Positions 34,087 through 45,872 of a stretch of DNA of 64,000 bases are shown here, piece after piece. The stretch comes from Corallochytrium limacisporum Hawaii (lineage: Eukaryota > Protista > Pluriformea), in assembly GCA_002811645.1 (NCBI GenBank), contig PDIP01000003.1, forward strand, positions 1-64,000. The letters run 5' to 3'. The notes below the pieces were generated by a model. The model ran no database searches. It had not been told where the DNA came from and saw nothing but the letters and a program-made list of their open reading frames with translations. The position numbers were made by a program, and so were the translations under genes. Each line of letters starts with the position of its first letter. Positions within the stretch are counted from its first letter, which is position 1.

Positions 34087-36637
34087 AAGGAACAGAACCA
34101 CGACCTCGGCGGCAGCAGAGAACCGGCCCAGCTCAACCCCCGCAGGGTGGGGGAGACGAGGGGAAAGTTACGGAAAAGTACACAAACGGAATCAAAAGTG
34201 ATCAATAGAAGGGAAAATCTGAGGGTGCTTCAATACCAGAACCGAATAAAGAAAAGAGAAAGAAAAAATGAAAAAAAAATTACAAATGAAAACCAACGAA
34301 GCGTGGAGAGCTAAGGAGAAAGAAAAGAAAAGAAAGAAAAAGATAAAGATACAGAAAGCGACACCCAAGCCCCCCCCTCCCCTAAAAACACAAATAAAGA
34401 TCTGGTGAAGGAGTATTGCTTCGCTTGTCCAGCGACCCCTCGGAAAAAGAAAAAAGGAGGGGAGGCGGCTGCTGGTGGTGCTCTCTTTAAGGCTTTGCTG
34501 ACCACTCACTCGTTCATTTATTTTGTTTAAAAAGTTTTCGGGTTTCAATCGGCAGTGATAAGTGGGGTGGGTGACTCCCTGCTTTTTTTCTTTACTTGCA
34601 TTTTTTAACCGCCATTTTGGAAAAAGAAAAATAAAATTGTACTGAACTCCCAAGCACCTCTGTCTCGCCCGTTGGCTCCGCACCCCCCCCGGGGGGGGAG
34701 ATGAGAGGGGCCAACGCCGGAAAAAAAAAAGAAGAGGGAGAGAGGAAAACGCCGTCAGTTCAATTACTACCAAAGAAATATTGTCATTTTCCTTGGAGGG
34801 TTACATTTTTCTGAGTGTGGAGGGTAGAAGGGGGGAGAGGGGAGGGGGGAGAAAGGGGCGGGGTCCACGCACTGCTTTTTCCTTCCCCTTTCTCCTTCTC
34901 GCTCCTCCTCCTCCGGCCCCGCCGGGGGGGGGGGGCATCTCCGTAGGGACGGTTGCTGGTTTTCTACGCGCTCTTCTCCCCTGCCTCCCTCTCTCGCTCT
35001 CTGCGCGTAGTTCTAGGCCCCCCCCCCGGGGGGGAGTGGTCGGGCAGCAGTAAAAGGGAAAACGAGAGAAAAGCAGGGGAGGTGGTAGCGGTATACTGCT
35101 CAGAAGTATCCAGGGGTATTTAATAGTGAATGTATGCGATTAAATTTGGCTTGGCAAGGGGAGGCCCTGGTATTTTGGGGGACGAAAAGGTTTTCCCGCC
35201 CGCGCCGTTGACCGTCCCCCCCCCTGAAGATCTCCCTGCTGCTGCCCTTGGCGCTTGTGTGGGACACCAGGTGTTCTTCGGATGCCAACGAGCCGTTGGG
35301 CCCACGCCCACGCCGCTGGGCCGAGCGATTTTGGAACCAACAAAAGCGAACGAATGTTTCTTTTTTCCCCATGGAAATTTGGGAGTCATCTTTGGGTTGT
35401 CGATCTGTTGCGCTATGCTGTGCGCTCTTTGTCTCTGTGGTCTGCCATGCAAAAGGTTGACTACAACGTTTGACCTTACCGTTCCCTGCTTGTCTTGTCT
35501 ACTGGGGTCGGTCCTTATTCACATGGCAGCACACCCAAAATACAATCAAACGCCATGCAATGTGAATGACTACGGACCCCTGTGCTTACTCTTTGTCGCC
35601 CCATTCTCGATGGCTGTGGAGAAGAACGAAATGGTTTCCCGGTTGATACCCGTACGACATGGGTAAACCATAACAAGAACGGAAACAAATTACCAACGAT
35701 GCACATTACAGGGTAGATGAATGAAGGAGATGGACATCGCCATCATTTGAAAGCCCTCTAGGGCATGATGACGTACCGTTTGAGAGTGGAACACATGCGA
35801 GAAAGAACAATTGAGTACGACAGCGACCATCCCAAAATGGGCAATGCACCCTGAGCAACCGTCCCGGTGCGACAGTCGCAACCCTTCAACGACACACTCA
35901 CTCTGGCGCCATCTTGGAACTCATCCAAGGCGACCGACCGATGACAGACCAGACCCACACCAAAAAGGTCGTTTTCGCGCGTCCCGTTGCGACAAGTCGA
36001 AGCATGTCAATACGAGCCACAAAACTTCACTCATTGTTAAATTAAGTACTCCATGACGTTCGAAAAGCACGGGGGAAACCATGGGGCTATGTTACTACCC
36101 CCGACCCCCCCCCCCTTCCTCCCAGGCGACGGATTTCGCGCGCGGCACCCTTGAAACATTTCCCCGGGGTCTGGAGGTCTGGAGTCCCCCCACTCCCTCC
36201 CTCCCTCTCTCCCTCTCTCTCTCTCTTCTCCCTTCCCCCTTTGCTTAAGCCTCCCTTTTTGCTGCCGTTGGTAAGTAGTCCGCCACCGACACCCCGCCGA
36301 AGGCGGACTGGCGAAACAGAAATCAATTTTCTGGTCCCCAGCATTGGCTGTGTGGAAAGATGATTGCCCTAAATTTAAAAAATAGTCGTTATCCGAATTT
36401 ATCAGGTGAACAAGAAATGGGGACGGACCGCGACACGGGGTCCTCGCAAGCGGAGTAGGCAACTCAGGGTGGTTGAGCAGAAGGGTACGTACACAAATAG
36501 CAAACACGTCGCTAATTCACATTCCCTCCGGGCATGCATTCTGACGATGCAAAGTTTGTCTTTGGAATTTCCTTTTAATGACACACGGCGAACTCTTGCT
36601 GTGGGCTTCTACATGTTTTTGATTGGTTGACTTCAGT

Positions 36638-37921
36638 TCACTGAATGCTCTGAACGGCTTTCACAGCAGCCTCGTCCAGGTCATCAGCAGTGATAATTGG
36701 CAGACCACTTTCGTCCAAGATGCGCTGTCCTTCCTTAAAGTTCGTACCGGCCAGCCGCACAATCAGCGGAATTTTCAGATCCATAGACTTGCATGCACCG
36801 ACAATGCCATTCGCGATCGTGGCGCAATTAACAATGCCTCCGAAAATGTTGACAAGGATGGCCTTCACCTGCGGATCATCGCTAATGATCTGGAAAGCCT
36901 CCTTTACCTGGTCCTCCTTCACGCTGCCACCGACGTCCAAAAAGTTGGCGGGTACCCCTCCGTTGAGCTTAATTATATCCATGGTGGCCATGGCCAATCC
37001 GGCACCGTTGACGAGACAGCCAATATTTCCCTCCATGCCAATGTAGTTCAGGTTCTGCGCGGTGGCCCGGACCTCGCGGGGGTCGTCCTCAGATGGATCG
37101 TAGGATTCAAAGATCTCTGATTGACGGAACCTGGCATTATCGTCAAAGTTCATCTTGGCATCGAAGCACACGACCTGACCGTCGTCTGTCTCGCCGAAGG
37201 GGTTGATTTCAATCTGAGTGGCATCCAACTTAACGAAAAGATCGTACAAACGTTGCAGCTGGTGCGCGGCTTGTTTCTTCTGCTCGGGGGCGGTGAATCC
37301 AATCTTGGCAGCCATGTCTTCGGCTTGTGACTGGGTGACACCAGTTTTTAGGTCGATCTTGGACGTGAAGATCCGTTCCGGAGTGGCGGCAGCCACCGCC
37401 TCAATGTCCATTCCACCATCAGGTGAACAGAGCAGAACGGGTCCACCCGCGGTCGGATCCATGAGTACTGCGACATACGTCTCCCGTGCAATGTTCAGTG
37501 CCTTTGCGATCATGACCTTAGTCACCTCGACGCCTTCTGGCTTCGTTTGCTTGGTCTTCAGGCGGTTGCCGAGCATCTCCTTGGCCAGCTTTTCGACTTC
37601 AGTGGGCTCCGTGGTGAGATGCACGCCTCCTTTGAAACCCGTATCAAAGGTGCCCTTACCACGACCACCGGCACGGATTTGGGCCTTCACTACATATTCT
37701 GCGGCCGATTTCAGGTCTGGATGGTTTTCGATTGCTGCCTTAACCTCGCTTGGGTTGCCCACCACAGCGAAGGGTTGGATCACGACATCGGCCTTGTGCA
37801 AAAGATCCTTCGACTGGTACTCGTGCAGGTTGACCATGGCAGCAGCACTGGCGTGGAAGTGCCGGCGGGCGCTGGTGGCACTGCGCTGCAGACCCCGAAC
37901 TCCAATGATCCGGGACAGCAT
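36638..37921 (-). CDS. SUCLG2: Mitochondrial succinyl-CoA ligase beta subunit, GDP-forming type, 427 aa
   Basis: Presequence; NLHEYQSKDLL, KAQIRAGGRGKG, DATQIEINPFGET, FDDNARFRQ, GNIGCLVNGAGLAMATMD, NIFGGIVNCATIANG. Confidence 0.95.
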   Translation of the reverse strand: MLSRIIGVRGLQRSATSARRHFHASAAAMVNLHEYQSKDLLHKADVVIQPFAVVGNPSEVKAAIENHPDLKSAAEYVVKAQIRAGGRGKGTFDTGFKGGVHLTTEPTEVEKLAKEMLGNRLKTKQTKPEGVEVTKVMIAKALNIARETYVAVLMDPTAGGPVLLCSPDGGMDIEAVAAATPERIFTSKIDLKTGVTQSQAEDMAAKIGFTAPEQKKQAAHQLQRLYDLFVKLDATQIEINPFGETDDGQVVCFDAKMNFDDNARFRQSEIFESYDPSEDDPREVRATAQNLNYIGMEGNIGCLVNGAGLAMATMDIIKLNGGVPANFLDVGGSVKEDQVKEAFQIISDDPQVKAILVNIFGGIVNCATIANGIVGACKSMDLKIPLIVRLAGTNFKEGQRILDESGLPIITADDLDEAAVKAVQSIQ

Positions 37922-39173
37922 CTTTACTAATATACGTGTTGTATCCTAAAGGATTTCCCTTCACAAAGATGTATGACACGTGATTTGCTTGTGATCTATT
38001 TTTATACTCATGAATATCGGCATTCCAGCGCCTGGCCAGAACTACCTGGTTCATTCTTACTTTCCTGCATCAGGAGTACATCACGTAACGACAAAGTGGA
38101 CACGGACAAAAGGACAGAAAAGCCAGTAATGACTTTGGAAACCAAACAGATCCTTCGGTGTTACCGTCGGGTCCCCCGTGCTGCCGTCGGCCCCGTGCCC
38201 AAGATTCTATAGTGCGACCATCTGGCACCCCAATTTTTTCCTCGACTGCGTACGGATGCCAAAACATCAGCCAGTCTTGACACACTGGGCCGTGCAAGCG
38301 TTTGGAGGGGGGACGGCAAGGGGGGGGGGAGGCCGACCTGCAATTACAGAACCAGCGCAAAAGCCCACAAAGAAAAAAATTAAAGTAGCTTGCGTGGGGG
38401 AGCGGAGTATAAAGGCAGAGCGAGAGAGAGAGAGAGAGAGAGTGAGACTGCACGTTCCTTCACCACCTGCAAGGGGGGAGAGGGTGTGGTGGTTTGTGGC
38501 TGGGTGGTGTGTGCTTGGCCCGGGGGGATTTGATATACTTTATAGGGGATCTTGTAATTTCTGCGAGCCACGAAGACTGAGGGAGAGGTGGAGTAAAAGA
38601 AAGGTGGGCCGCGTAGGGACGGGAGCTTGGGGTCGGGGGCCCGACATCTCAAACCAGGGCACTGCAGACCACCGCCAACTTCGGCAATGTTCGTCTGAGG
38701 GCGCCGGCCGTCTTGATGGTAGACCCACTGTCCACGACGGCCACACGGTTCAAACATTCGCTGCTCAGCTGCTGCGCACCCCTGGGTTCTTACCGCTGTT
38801 CGGATTCATAGCAGCACACTTGTCCCACACGCTGGCGCAGCATGCTGGGTCGAAGCATGCACCTTCGTCACCATTGTCCCGTGAAGCAGTGCGTGTGTTC
38901 ATCGCTCTGCGCATTCTGAACTCGCTCGTGTACTCCAAGGTGGATTGGATGTCATATTTTTGGACGATGTTGTCGCATCATTTCCGGCACGTCCTTTTCT
39001 ATCCGCATCTGCAGCAGATTGTGTGTTACTGGCGACACCCGATCAGGTTCGCCATCCGTGATGAAATTTCGCTCTTTAAAGCTTGCTTTAGCTAATACTT
39101 TACTCTTACAGTAGGTTTGATGTTTTCTTTAACGCGTGAACACACGGCTCGTGCCGAGGGGTGAACATCGTGA

Positions 39174-41132
39174 TCATGCATGCGAGGGCACCAAATTGCT
39201 CCCGGCATCTCCATTCATTGCGGGGCTGCTCGGCGCCGCTGTGGTCGTGCTGTTGCGCATCCGCGATTGGCAGTAGCTCTCAAATCCCCTAAAGGACATG
39301 AATTTGTCATCGTAGACGCGGTGACTAGGCACGTCATGGATGGGCGAGGCCACTTCCAGGTACTCCAGGAACATGCGCCATTGCATGGAGTCGATATAAG
39401 TAATGTCGTGATTCTTTTGGCCTTCCAAGTACTCAAACCACAAAGAAATGGTGCCCTTGCGCTGGGCAATGAACTCCGGTACATCTGGTTGATCTAGCAG
39501 CACTTTCCAGCCCGCCAGGGCCAGCTCCACCGGCATGGCGCCCTGTGCTGTAGCCGAATCGGTGATATAGTCAAAGGCAAATTGGTAAATATCCCTAAAG
39601 AAGGTGACCCGCTGCAGGTTGGTCCGGGCCACGGCGAGGTTGTCCCGCAATTGCCGCATCGAAGACGCTTTCAGCGCACGACAGCCACGCTTCCACTGTT
39701 CTCTCGTGACTTCGCCCATAGCCTCGTTATGCATGTAGTAGTTCATGATCAGATTGACCACATCCATGTCGGAAAAGCCCAGACGCTCACACAATCTACA
39801 GTAGCCACCAGCACGGATTGTGTCTGAGGTGGGGTCGCGCAGAGCGTCAAAGAGGGTGACCATTTTCTGGATATTCACGCCGGTTTTCTCCTTCCGAGCG
39901 CCCTGCAACCGGCGATTGAGCGCGAGTATATACTCCGGACCCATGCCTCCTCGTACGTTCGCGGAGCCGAGCACTGGGCTAGGCGCATCCTTTGCGAGCG
40001 ACTGAGACGAACCCCCGTATCGTTTTGACTGCGCAGCGAGAAGATTCGCAGAATTCTTGCCGGTCTCGACAATGGTGAAGCTGCGCCTGCGACCACCGTC
40101 ATGGGCCGATGGTTCGTTTGGACCACGTGCGTTAAGCCTATCTGGGGACTTGTCCATTGCCGGGCGCCCGCTCTCCTGGTCGAAGATCGGTACGATGCCG
40201 GAGCGCATGGCTTCGACACTTCGCCTCCGGCGTTGGCTCATTGGCCGTTGATCGTTGGGTGAGAGCCTAGCGTCCCTGGAACGCACCGGGCTTTGGCCAC
40301 TGTATGGTCTATCGGTTCGACTATCATCGATCGCGGGAGGCACATAGCCCATGCTGATCGCTGAACCCACTCGGCTCACGGGTGCGACCACGGTCGATGA
40401 GACCGGAGGCAGTCCACCACCTGGAGTGCTAGCGCTGCGATCGAGGCCTTCCGCAATGTAGTTTTTGTAGTAGGCCTGGAAGGCCTCCTCCTCTTGCGGG
40501 GTTGTGCAAAAGGCATAATAGACCTTCTTGTTCGCACTGAAGTCACCCTTACCCAAGCGTCGCAACAGACCAAAATCCATAAAGACCTGGGCCAGTCGCT
40601 TCGCGCTCGTCTCACTCTGCACCGCGCTGATATGCAGGAAAAGCCAAGTTACGATGTCGTGACCGCTCACGCCCCGCAGTCCGCCTTTAAGTTGCTTCCG
40701 GGCCACCGCGGCGGCCATAGAATTTATGAGAATGCCAATATTTAGGGTATTTCCTTCAAATTCAAGCATGTCATCCGCAAACAAAATGTCGTCGGCCAAA
40801 TCATTGGTGTTACTCTTACCGCTGGCAAGGGATATGGACGATTGGTTGTACCACGGTTCTCTGTTCGGAAAGGGCGCCGGCAGCGGCTCAACGCCTTGAG
40901 ATCCCTTCACTGAGCGATTCGATAACTTCGATGACTTGGCTGCTTGTGAAATATTGTCACCCGAATAAAGACTTGGATCGCTGTCTTTAACCTTCTTCTT
41001 TCTGCGAAACTTGAGCTTCATGCTACCAATCATGGAGGTGGACTTTCTTGACTGATTGGTCTTGACACTATTCCCAGACTTCACGCTGCCCCCGTCAGGG
41101 GTTTGCCCCGCCTTTTTCGACTTCTGTGGCAT
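39174..41132 (-). CDS. DEP domain plus DCN1-like (PONY/cullin-binding) domain protein, 652 aa
   Basis: DEP: SGHDIVTWLF..AKRLAQVFMDFGLL..FS..YYAF. DCN1-like: LCERLG..MGEVTREQWKRG..FRDIYQFAFDY..ELALAGWKVLL..LWFEYLE..QWRMFLEY. Confidence 0.8.
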   Translation of the reverse strand: MPQKSKKAGQTPDGGSVKSGNSVKTNQSRKSTSMIGSMKLKFRRKKKVKDSDPSLYSGDNISQAAKSSKLSNRSVKGSQGVEPLPAPFPNREPWYNQSSISLASGKSNTNDLADDILFADDMLEFEGNTLNIGILINSMAAAVARKQLKGGLRGVSGHDIVTWLFLHISAVQSETSAKRLAQVFMDFGLLRRLGKGDFSANKKVYYAFCTTPQEEEAFQAYYKNYIAEGLDRSASTPGGGLPPVSSTVVAPVSRVGSAISMGYVPPAIDDSRTDRPYSGQSPVRSRDARLSPNDQRPMSQRRRRSVEAMRSGIVPIFDQESGRPAMDKSPDRLNARGPNEPSAHDGGRRRSFTIVETGKNSANLLAAQSKRYGGSSQSLAKDAPSPVLGSANVRGGMGPEYILALNRRLQGARKEKTGVNIQKMVTLFDALRDPTSDTIRAGGYCRLCERLGFSDMDVVNLIMNYYMHNEAMGEVTREQWKRGCRALKASSMRQLRDNLAVARTNLQRVTFFRDIYQFAFDYITDSATAQGAMPVELALAGWKVLLDQPDVPEFIAQRKGTISLWFEYLEGQKNHDITYIDSMQWRMFLEYLEVASPIHDVPSHRVYDDKFMSFRGFESYCQSRMRNSTTTAAPSSPAMNGDAGSNLVPSHA

Positions 41133-42711
41133 TGCTGTAAGTTTAGCTTGTCAACAATACTACCCGAATCTAACTACGTAATGAATCTGTGTCACAAGCC
41201 GAGTATTGAGCAGCACGCTCCCACTCCTCAAAGCATATGCACTAGTCTCGTGATCTGCATGCGATATACCACACGGTGGTTGGGTGCGACTCCTTACTCT
41301 AGACGTGTAAATTTATGTAGCATGAATAAATATAATGAACATCTTTGAGTCATACCAACAGAGAACATCAGAGACGAAGCGCAAATAGAAATTGTGAACA
41401 ACCAACAAAACACGTTCGTCGTGCCTTGCCCACCACACCCAAGAAACTCCCCGACTCAAAGCCCCGGAAGCCCACCGGCCCGAGATCCCAAGCCGCTAGC
41501 CGGCTTTGAAACAAAAAAAAGGGAAGAATCAACTGAAAAAAAAATTGGACAAAAGGAAAATCTTGGCGGGAGCAGGCAAAAATGAAGGAGGAGTGGGGGA
41601 CTCTGGGGGAGAAGGGAGAGAGAGAGAGAGAGAGAGGGGGAGAGGGAGAGGGAGGGAGCGAGTGAGACGGGTTTAGTTGGGGGGAGGGAGGGGGCCATTG
41701 GTTACACTGACGCAACTGAGGCTCGGGTGGTGGTGGGTGGGTGGGGTGGTGGAAGTGGGGCGGGTGGTGGGGGGTGGGCTGGGCCACCAGGCCCGCAGCT
41801 GTACTTCCGGGCTGCGTCTGTGGTGTGTGTGTGGGACTTCCCCGCCGGCCGGAGTTTTTCTTCTCCCGGCCCAAGCGGCAGCCGTTTTCGTTGGTTGGGG
41901 GNNNNNNNNNNNNNNNNNNNNNNNNNNNNNNNNNNNNNNNNNNNNNNNNNNNNNNNNGGGGAGGCCGGTTTGGTTCGGTTTGAGACGGAAAAGGAGAAAG
42001 AAAAAATCCCTCAAGCCCCGGGGAGGGCCGCCTGCCAATCTTTGGCGGAATCTGCCCTTTCTTTCCTTCCAACCGACGTAAAAGTACTGCCTCCCCTCCC
42101 CCAATCGCGTCTACGTCCGTTTCGTTGGCTCTTCCCGGGTCAGTTCTCGAGACAAGGGGCAGTGTCGGTACACTATGCAATCTCCGTGGTCATTTTGACA
42201 CTAGCTGCCTTCTGCTGAAACGTCCGACGGAGGAGTCACCCAAGACGGGACACAGCGGCAGCAGCAGCAGTAGGAAAAGGGAAGGGGGGCCTCCGGAGTC
42301 ATCAGCGCGGCAGAAAGTGTCAGCACCGCCAAGCAGGCCCCTTAACCCAGAGAGGACAAGCACACCCGAAAACCTGGGACCCCCTCGCCACCACAATCTT
42401 GCCACTCCGGTTTCTTTCTTGTCTACTTTTTTCGCTTTACCCGTCCCTACCGGCCCTGTTTGCCCCGAACTTATAAATTATCCGTATATTTTAAATATAT
42501 CATCAGCAGATGCGATCTATTTCGTACTGTGGGCAATTTAATATACGAATTCCGTCCCCTAGTGGATCGATGATCCTGGACCTTAGCAACAGTATTATGC
42601 AACTCCAGTATATCCATATACCCAAGAACTCAAATAGTATACCCGCATTGAAAATAGACGGGAGTCTATTTAACACGGCCACTGGGCCAGCCAAAGTGTT
42701 CTCAATCGATG

Positions 42712-42720
42712 GGCGCGAAA
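42712..42720 (-). promoter_or_regulatory. E2F consensus site (TTTCGCGCC) upstream of the CENP-M-like gene
   Basis: GGCGCGAAA about 125 nt before the ATG; CHR-like TTCAAA at 42830-42835. Confidence 0.4.
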
Positions 42721-42844
42721 GCGCGGGGTCACCCGAAACCATCCCCGGTACTTGAGGGAGCTTGGACCTATGTCGAGCATACATTTTACTATATCGCGCG
42801 TGAAAAACTGAAGAGCTCTGAAAACTCCCTTCAAATCGCACCAA

Positions 42845-43405
42845 ATGGCCTTACAAGTCACAGTGAAAGTCGCCGTGCTGGGGCCAGATCCGCAAAGGGG
42901 AGTCAGACTGGGCACAGCACTGCTGGACAGGAGCAAGTCCGAGCCCATGCTCAAGGCCACAGTGCACCCCATTGTGGAAATCTATGACAGCTTGAGAGAC
43001 TCTAACGGAGAGGAAGGTAGCAACCATACTGACGAAATATATTATGTCATCATTGGCCAGCTATGGTGCAGGGATATCTGCCAGAGACTTGGAAACGAAA
43101 TGTTTTTGTTGCCCACCGAGGCCCACAGCATGAATCGGACCTTTGTATACTTTGACAGAATTATTGAGGATGATCCTTACCACGATGCGGAAGATCCTGA
43201 CTGTCTGTGGGACACAATGACGGAGATCGGGCTGCATCACCTGTACCGGGGGACTGTATGCCTTGGGACAGAAACGCATGTCGCTGCTTTGGCACACAGC
43301 ATACTGGCCACGATCAAGAGGACACACGACCTTGAGACGCAGCCCTCATCCATACCTGGCATGTTGCTCTACTGTCCTCCATTTTTGGGGGCTTCGAAGC
43401 AGTGA
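42845..43405 (+). CDS. Small pseudo-GTPase-fold protein, probable CENP-M orthologue, 186 aa
   Basis: Size and strand/helix pattern follow CENP-M (VAVLG..LGTALL; EIYDSL; DEIYYVI; CLGTETHVAALAHSIL); no P-loop GKS/T. Confidence 0.55.
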   Translation: MALQVTVKVAVLGPDPQRGVRLGTALLDRSKSEPMLKATVHPIVEIYDSLRDSNGEEGSNHTDEIYYVIIGQLWCRDICQRLGNEMFLLPTEAHSMNRTFVYFDRIIEDDPYHDAEDPDCLWDTMTEIGLHHLYRGTVCLGTETHVAALAHSILATIKRTHDLETQPSSIPGMLLYCPPFLGASKQ

Positions 43406-43641
43406 AATCAAAGAACAACAAAACACAGGAGTTTAAAGAATAGAGTAGTACTGTATATATGTATGAATGAAAAGCATGTTAGTATTGATGCTCGGAACCG
43501 GGGGCCCTTCCTATATATGTGTGTGTGGGTTCACGCTCGTGTGAGATACTTTACGAATGCAAATCGCCATGCAATTTGGAAAATGCTATGCCTGAAACCC
43601 CCTGGTATGTCTTGAGTGCGTGTAACCCTTTGTGCCTCAGT

Positions 43642-44658
43642 TTACAATCCCTTGTTAAAGGTAACCTTCTGCACAGGTGATCCGTCCTTGCGCTTAAGGC
43701 CTTGGAATTCCGGCTCGACACTCGACACCGGCAAGGAAGCGGTCTGCGGGAAGATGGCAATGGCAAAGGGCAGCGCTCCAGCAAAGCAGAGACCGAGCAG
43801 GGTGCACTGAATGGGCATACCACGGAGCCAGTTGGCCTTTACTGAAGGGAATTTGTTCTCAATTGCGGTCATCGCCACGGGCACGAGTGTCAGTGCCGGA
43901 GATGCGGTTGCCACACGGCTCACACTGCAGGCCGTTAAACTGAAGAGACCCGCCCGCTTGCTCTTACCCAGGACCTTGCCGTCCTCGTCCTTAACTGCCA
44001 CACCCGCGGTCAATTCCTTGCTCCGCATCAGGAAGACGTTGGCAAAGTTAGCAGCCGCTACGGCTACGAAGGGCACGAACCGACCAAGGGACGCCCGCTG
44101 GGCGTTGGTGAGGCGGGAAGTGCGCTTAACCCATTGGTTCAACCCGACGGCAATGGAACAGCTCGCGGTGGTGGCGCCTGCGTAGGCCGTGAGGACTTCT
44201 CCAGTGCTTAGCGGCGTCGATTTGTTGGCATTGGCAAAATTGATACCGACGTTCAGGCTCTGGTTGACCCACTGCCAGAAGATCAGAGTAGGGATGGACG
44301 GGTTGGGGATCAACATACCCACGGTAATCAGAATGTTCATGGGCACAAAGGCGCTCATGCGGAAGGGCAAGAAGATGGTCTCGCCCGTGTCCGGATGGAC
44401 GGTGGAGTCCACAATCTTCTTCGCTTGCCACAGGGTTTCCCCGTTAACGCTGCCCTCAGGAATCTTGCCTGCCTTGTAGTCTGCTACTAAAGTTTTTGCC
44501 TCCTCGAGCTTTTCCTCGCTGACTAAGAGGGTCCGCACATCCGTGACGTCCATGAAATGCTTCACTCGACCCATGTACGTGTCCTGGCTGTAGCGAGGCT
44601 CATGGAGGTTCAAGTCCACATTGGCCATGGTGCTGGCGTCGACCGGTGATGACGACAT
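43642..44658 (-). CDS. Sideroflexin (Mtc/FSF1 family mitochondrial transporter), 338 aa
   Basis: PRYSQDTYMGR, HPDTGETIFLPFRMS, FWQWVNQS, RFVPFVAVAAAN, AIFPQ, C-terminal FNKGL. Confidence 0.95.
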   Translation of the reverse strand: MSSSPVDASTMANVDLNLHEPRYSQDTYMGRVKHFMDVTDVRTLLVSEEKLEEAKTLVADYKAGKIPEGSVNGETLWQAKKIVDSTVHPDTGETIFLPFRMSAFVPMNILITVGMLIPNPSIPTLIFWQWVNQSLNVGINFANANKSTPLSTGEVLTAYAGATTASCSIAVGLNQWVKRTSRLTNAQRASLGRFVPFVAVAAANFANVFLMRSKELTAGVAVKDEDGKVLGKSKRAGLFSLTACSVSRVATASPALTLVPVAMTAIENKFPSVKANWLRGMPIQCTLLGLCFAGALPFAIAIFPQTASLPVSSVEPEFQGLKRKDGSPVQKVTFNKGL

Positions 44659-45862
44659 TTTGGGTCTGTTACTCTTCCTTACCTAGATTATCCACTTAAT
44701 AACAGATCTGTGCTATGTCCACTCTTTCCATGCAACCACACGTGTTGTCCTACCAGCCTTACTTTTTATAGGTCGGCTCGGGCCCTGTCTTTTCTTATTT
44801 TCCCGGAATTTCCTGCCCTTGCGATTCTCGGCCTAGGCTCCTTGCCCGAATGGTCACCCCCGGGGGGGTGTCCCGGGGAAGGGGGGGTTCTGTGTGGTCC
44901 CCCCCCCCCCAACGCCCAACACCAACCACCCACCAGGAAAATGTGGGGAGCCCGACCTTGCTTGCCCCTCGACCTCCCTCCCTTCCCTTTCTCTCTCGCC
45001 ACCCCACACACGCACACGGACTCCCCTCCCCCAGTCCCACAGTAGCGAGTGTACCGGCCCGCCCCCATACGGGGGGTGCCCATCTGGAGCTCAGCCTCTC
45101 TCAGTGCAGAATGGACTTTGGTCAATCGGAAGGAACGAAGCCCAAAGGAAAAAGGAAGGAGAGCTGTTGCGTGCGAATATGCCTCGGATTTTTCGGTTGA
45201 TGGCGGATCTCTTCGGCATGGCCCGTGTGGGGGTGCGTTTGACGTTTCGCTCGACTCTCGTTTGTTTTCGCCTTGTCCGCGACCAGGTTGCCTTTTTGCG
45301 CTCAATTCGAGAATCACAAGTTACCATCCTCTCATCATGGGTGGCCTGCTTTGGTTCACACAGTCGGTTGCTGACCGAGTTGCCATTGCGAGCATGGTCG
45401 TATGCCATTCTAGGGTGTCCAAACACTGGCAACCGTTCTCCACACCAGCTGGCGACCACCCAGCACACGATGCGGGTGACAGTTCTGGGCACCCAAGCAG
45501 TCCAGCTGACAACTTTCACAGCTGGTGGATATAAATGTGCTCGGTGCCCTATAAACCCCGGCACACAATGTCCTGGGGCTTTTCTCCGTAAAGTATGCAG
45601 TGTACCTTGAGCCACTGGTTTCGTTTTCCGATCTCCCCGGTTCTAATTTACTTGCGCGGAGCAATCGGGTCCGCTTCGCTGGTATATTTTAAATGAACCC
45701 TAACAACCTCGTTTAAAACCGCCACCCAGCACTGCGTGAAAGCCCATGTTTGAGGCGGGGGAGCAGGCGAGCCCCAAGTCCCCGGGGCCTTTGCTGGGGA
45801 GAACAGAAAAGGGAACCCGCGGTCGGTGAGTGGCGGCCAAGCACAAAAGTTTTGCGGGACGC

Positions 45863-45872
45863 GGCGCGAAAA
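45863..45872 (-). promoter_or_regulatory. E2F consensus site (TTTTCGCGCC) upstream of NEDD1
   Basis: GGCGCGAAAA about 490 nt before the ATG. Confidence 0.35.

Noticed and set aside
38178-39095. 305-aa plus-strand ORF
   Set aside because: Non-ATG start, runs through G tracts and a (GA)n microsatellite, no recognisable domain.
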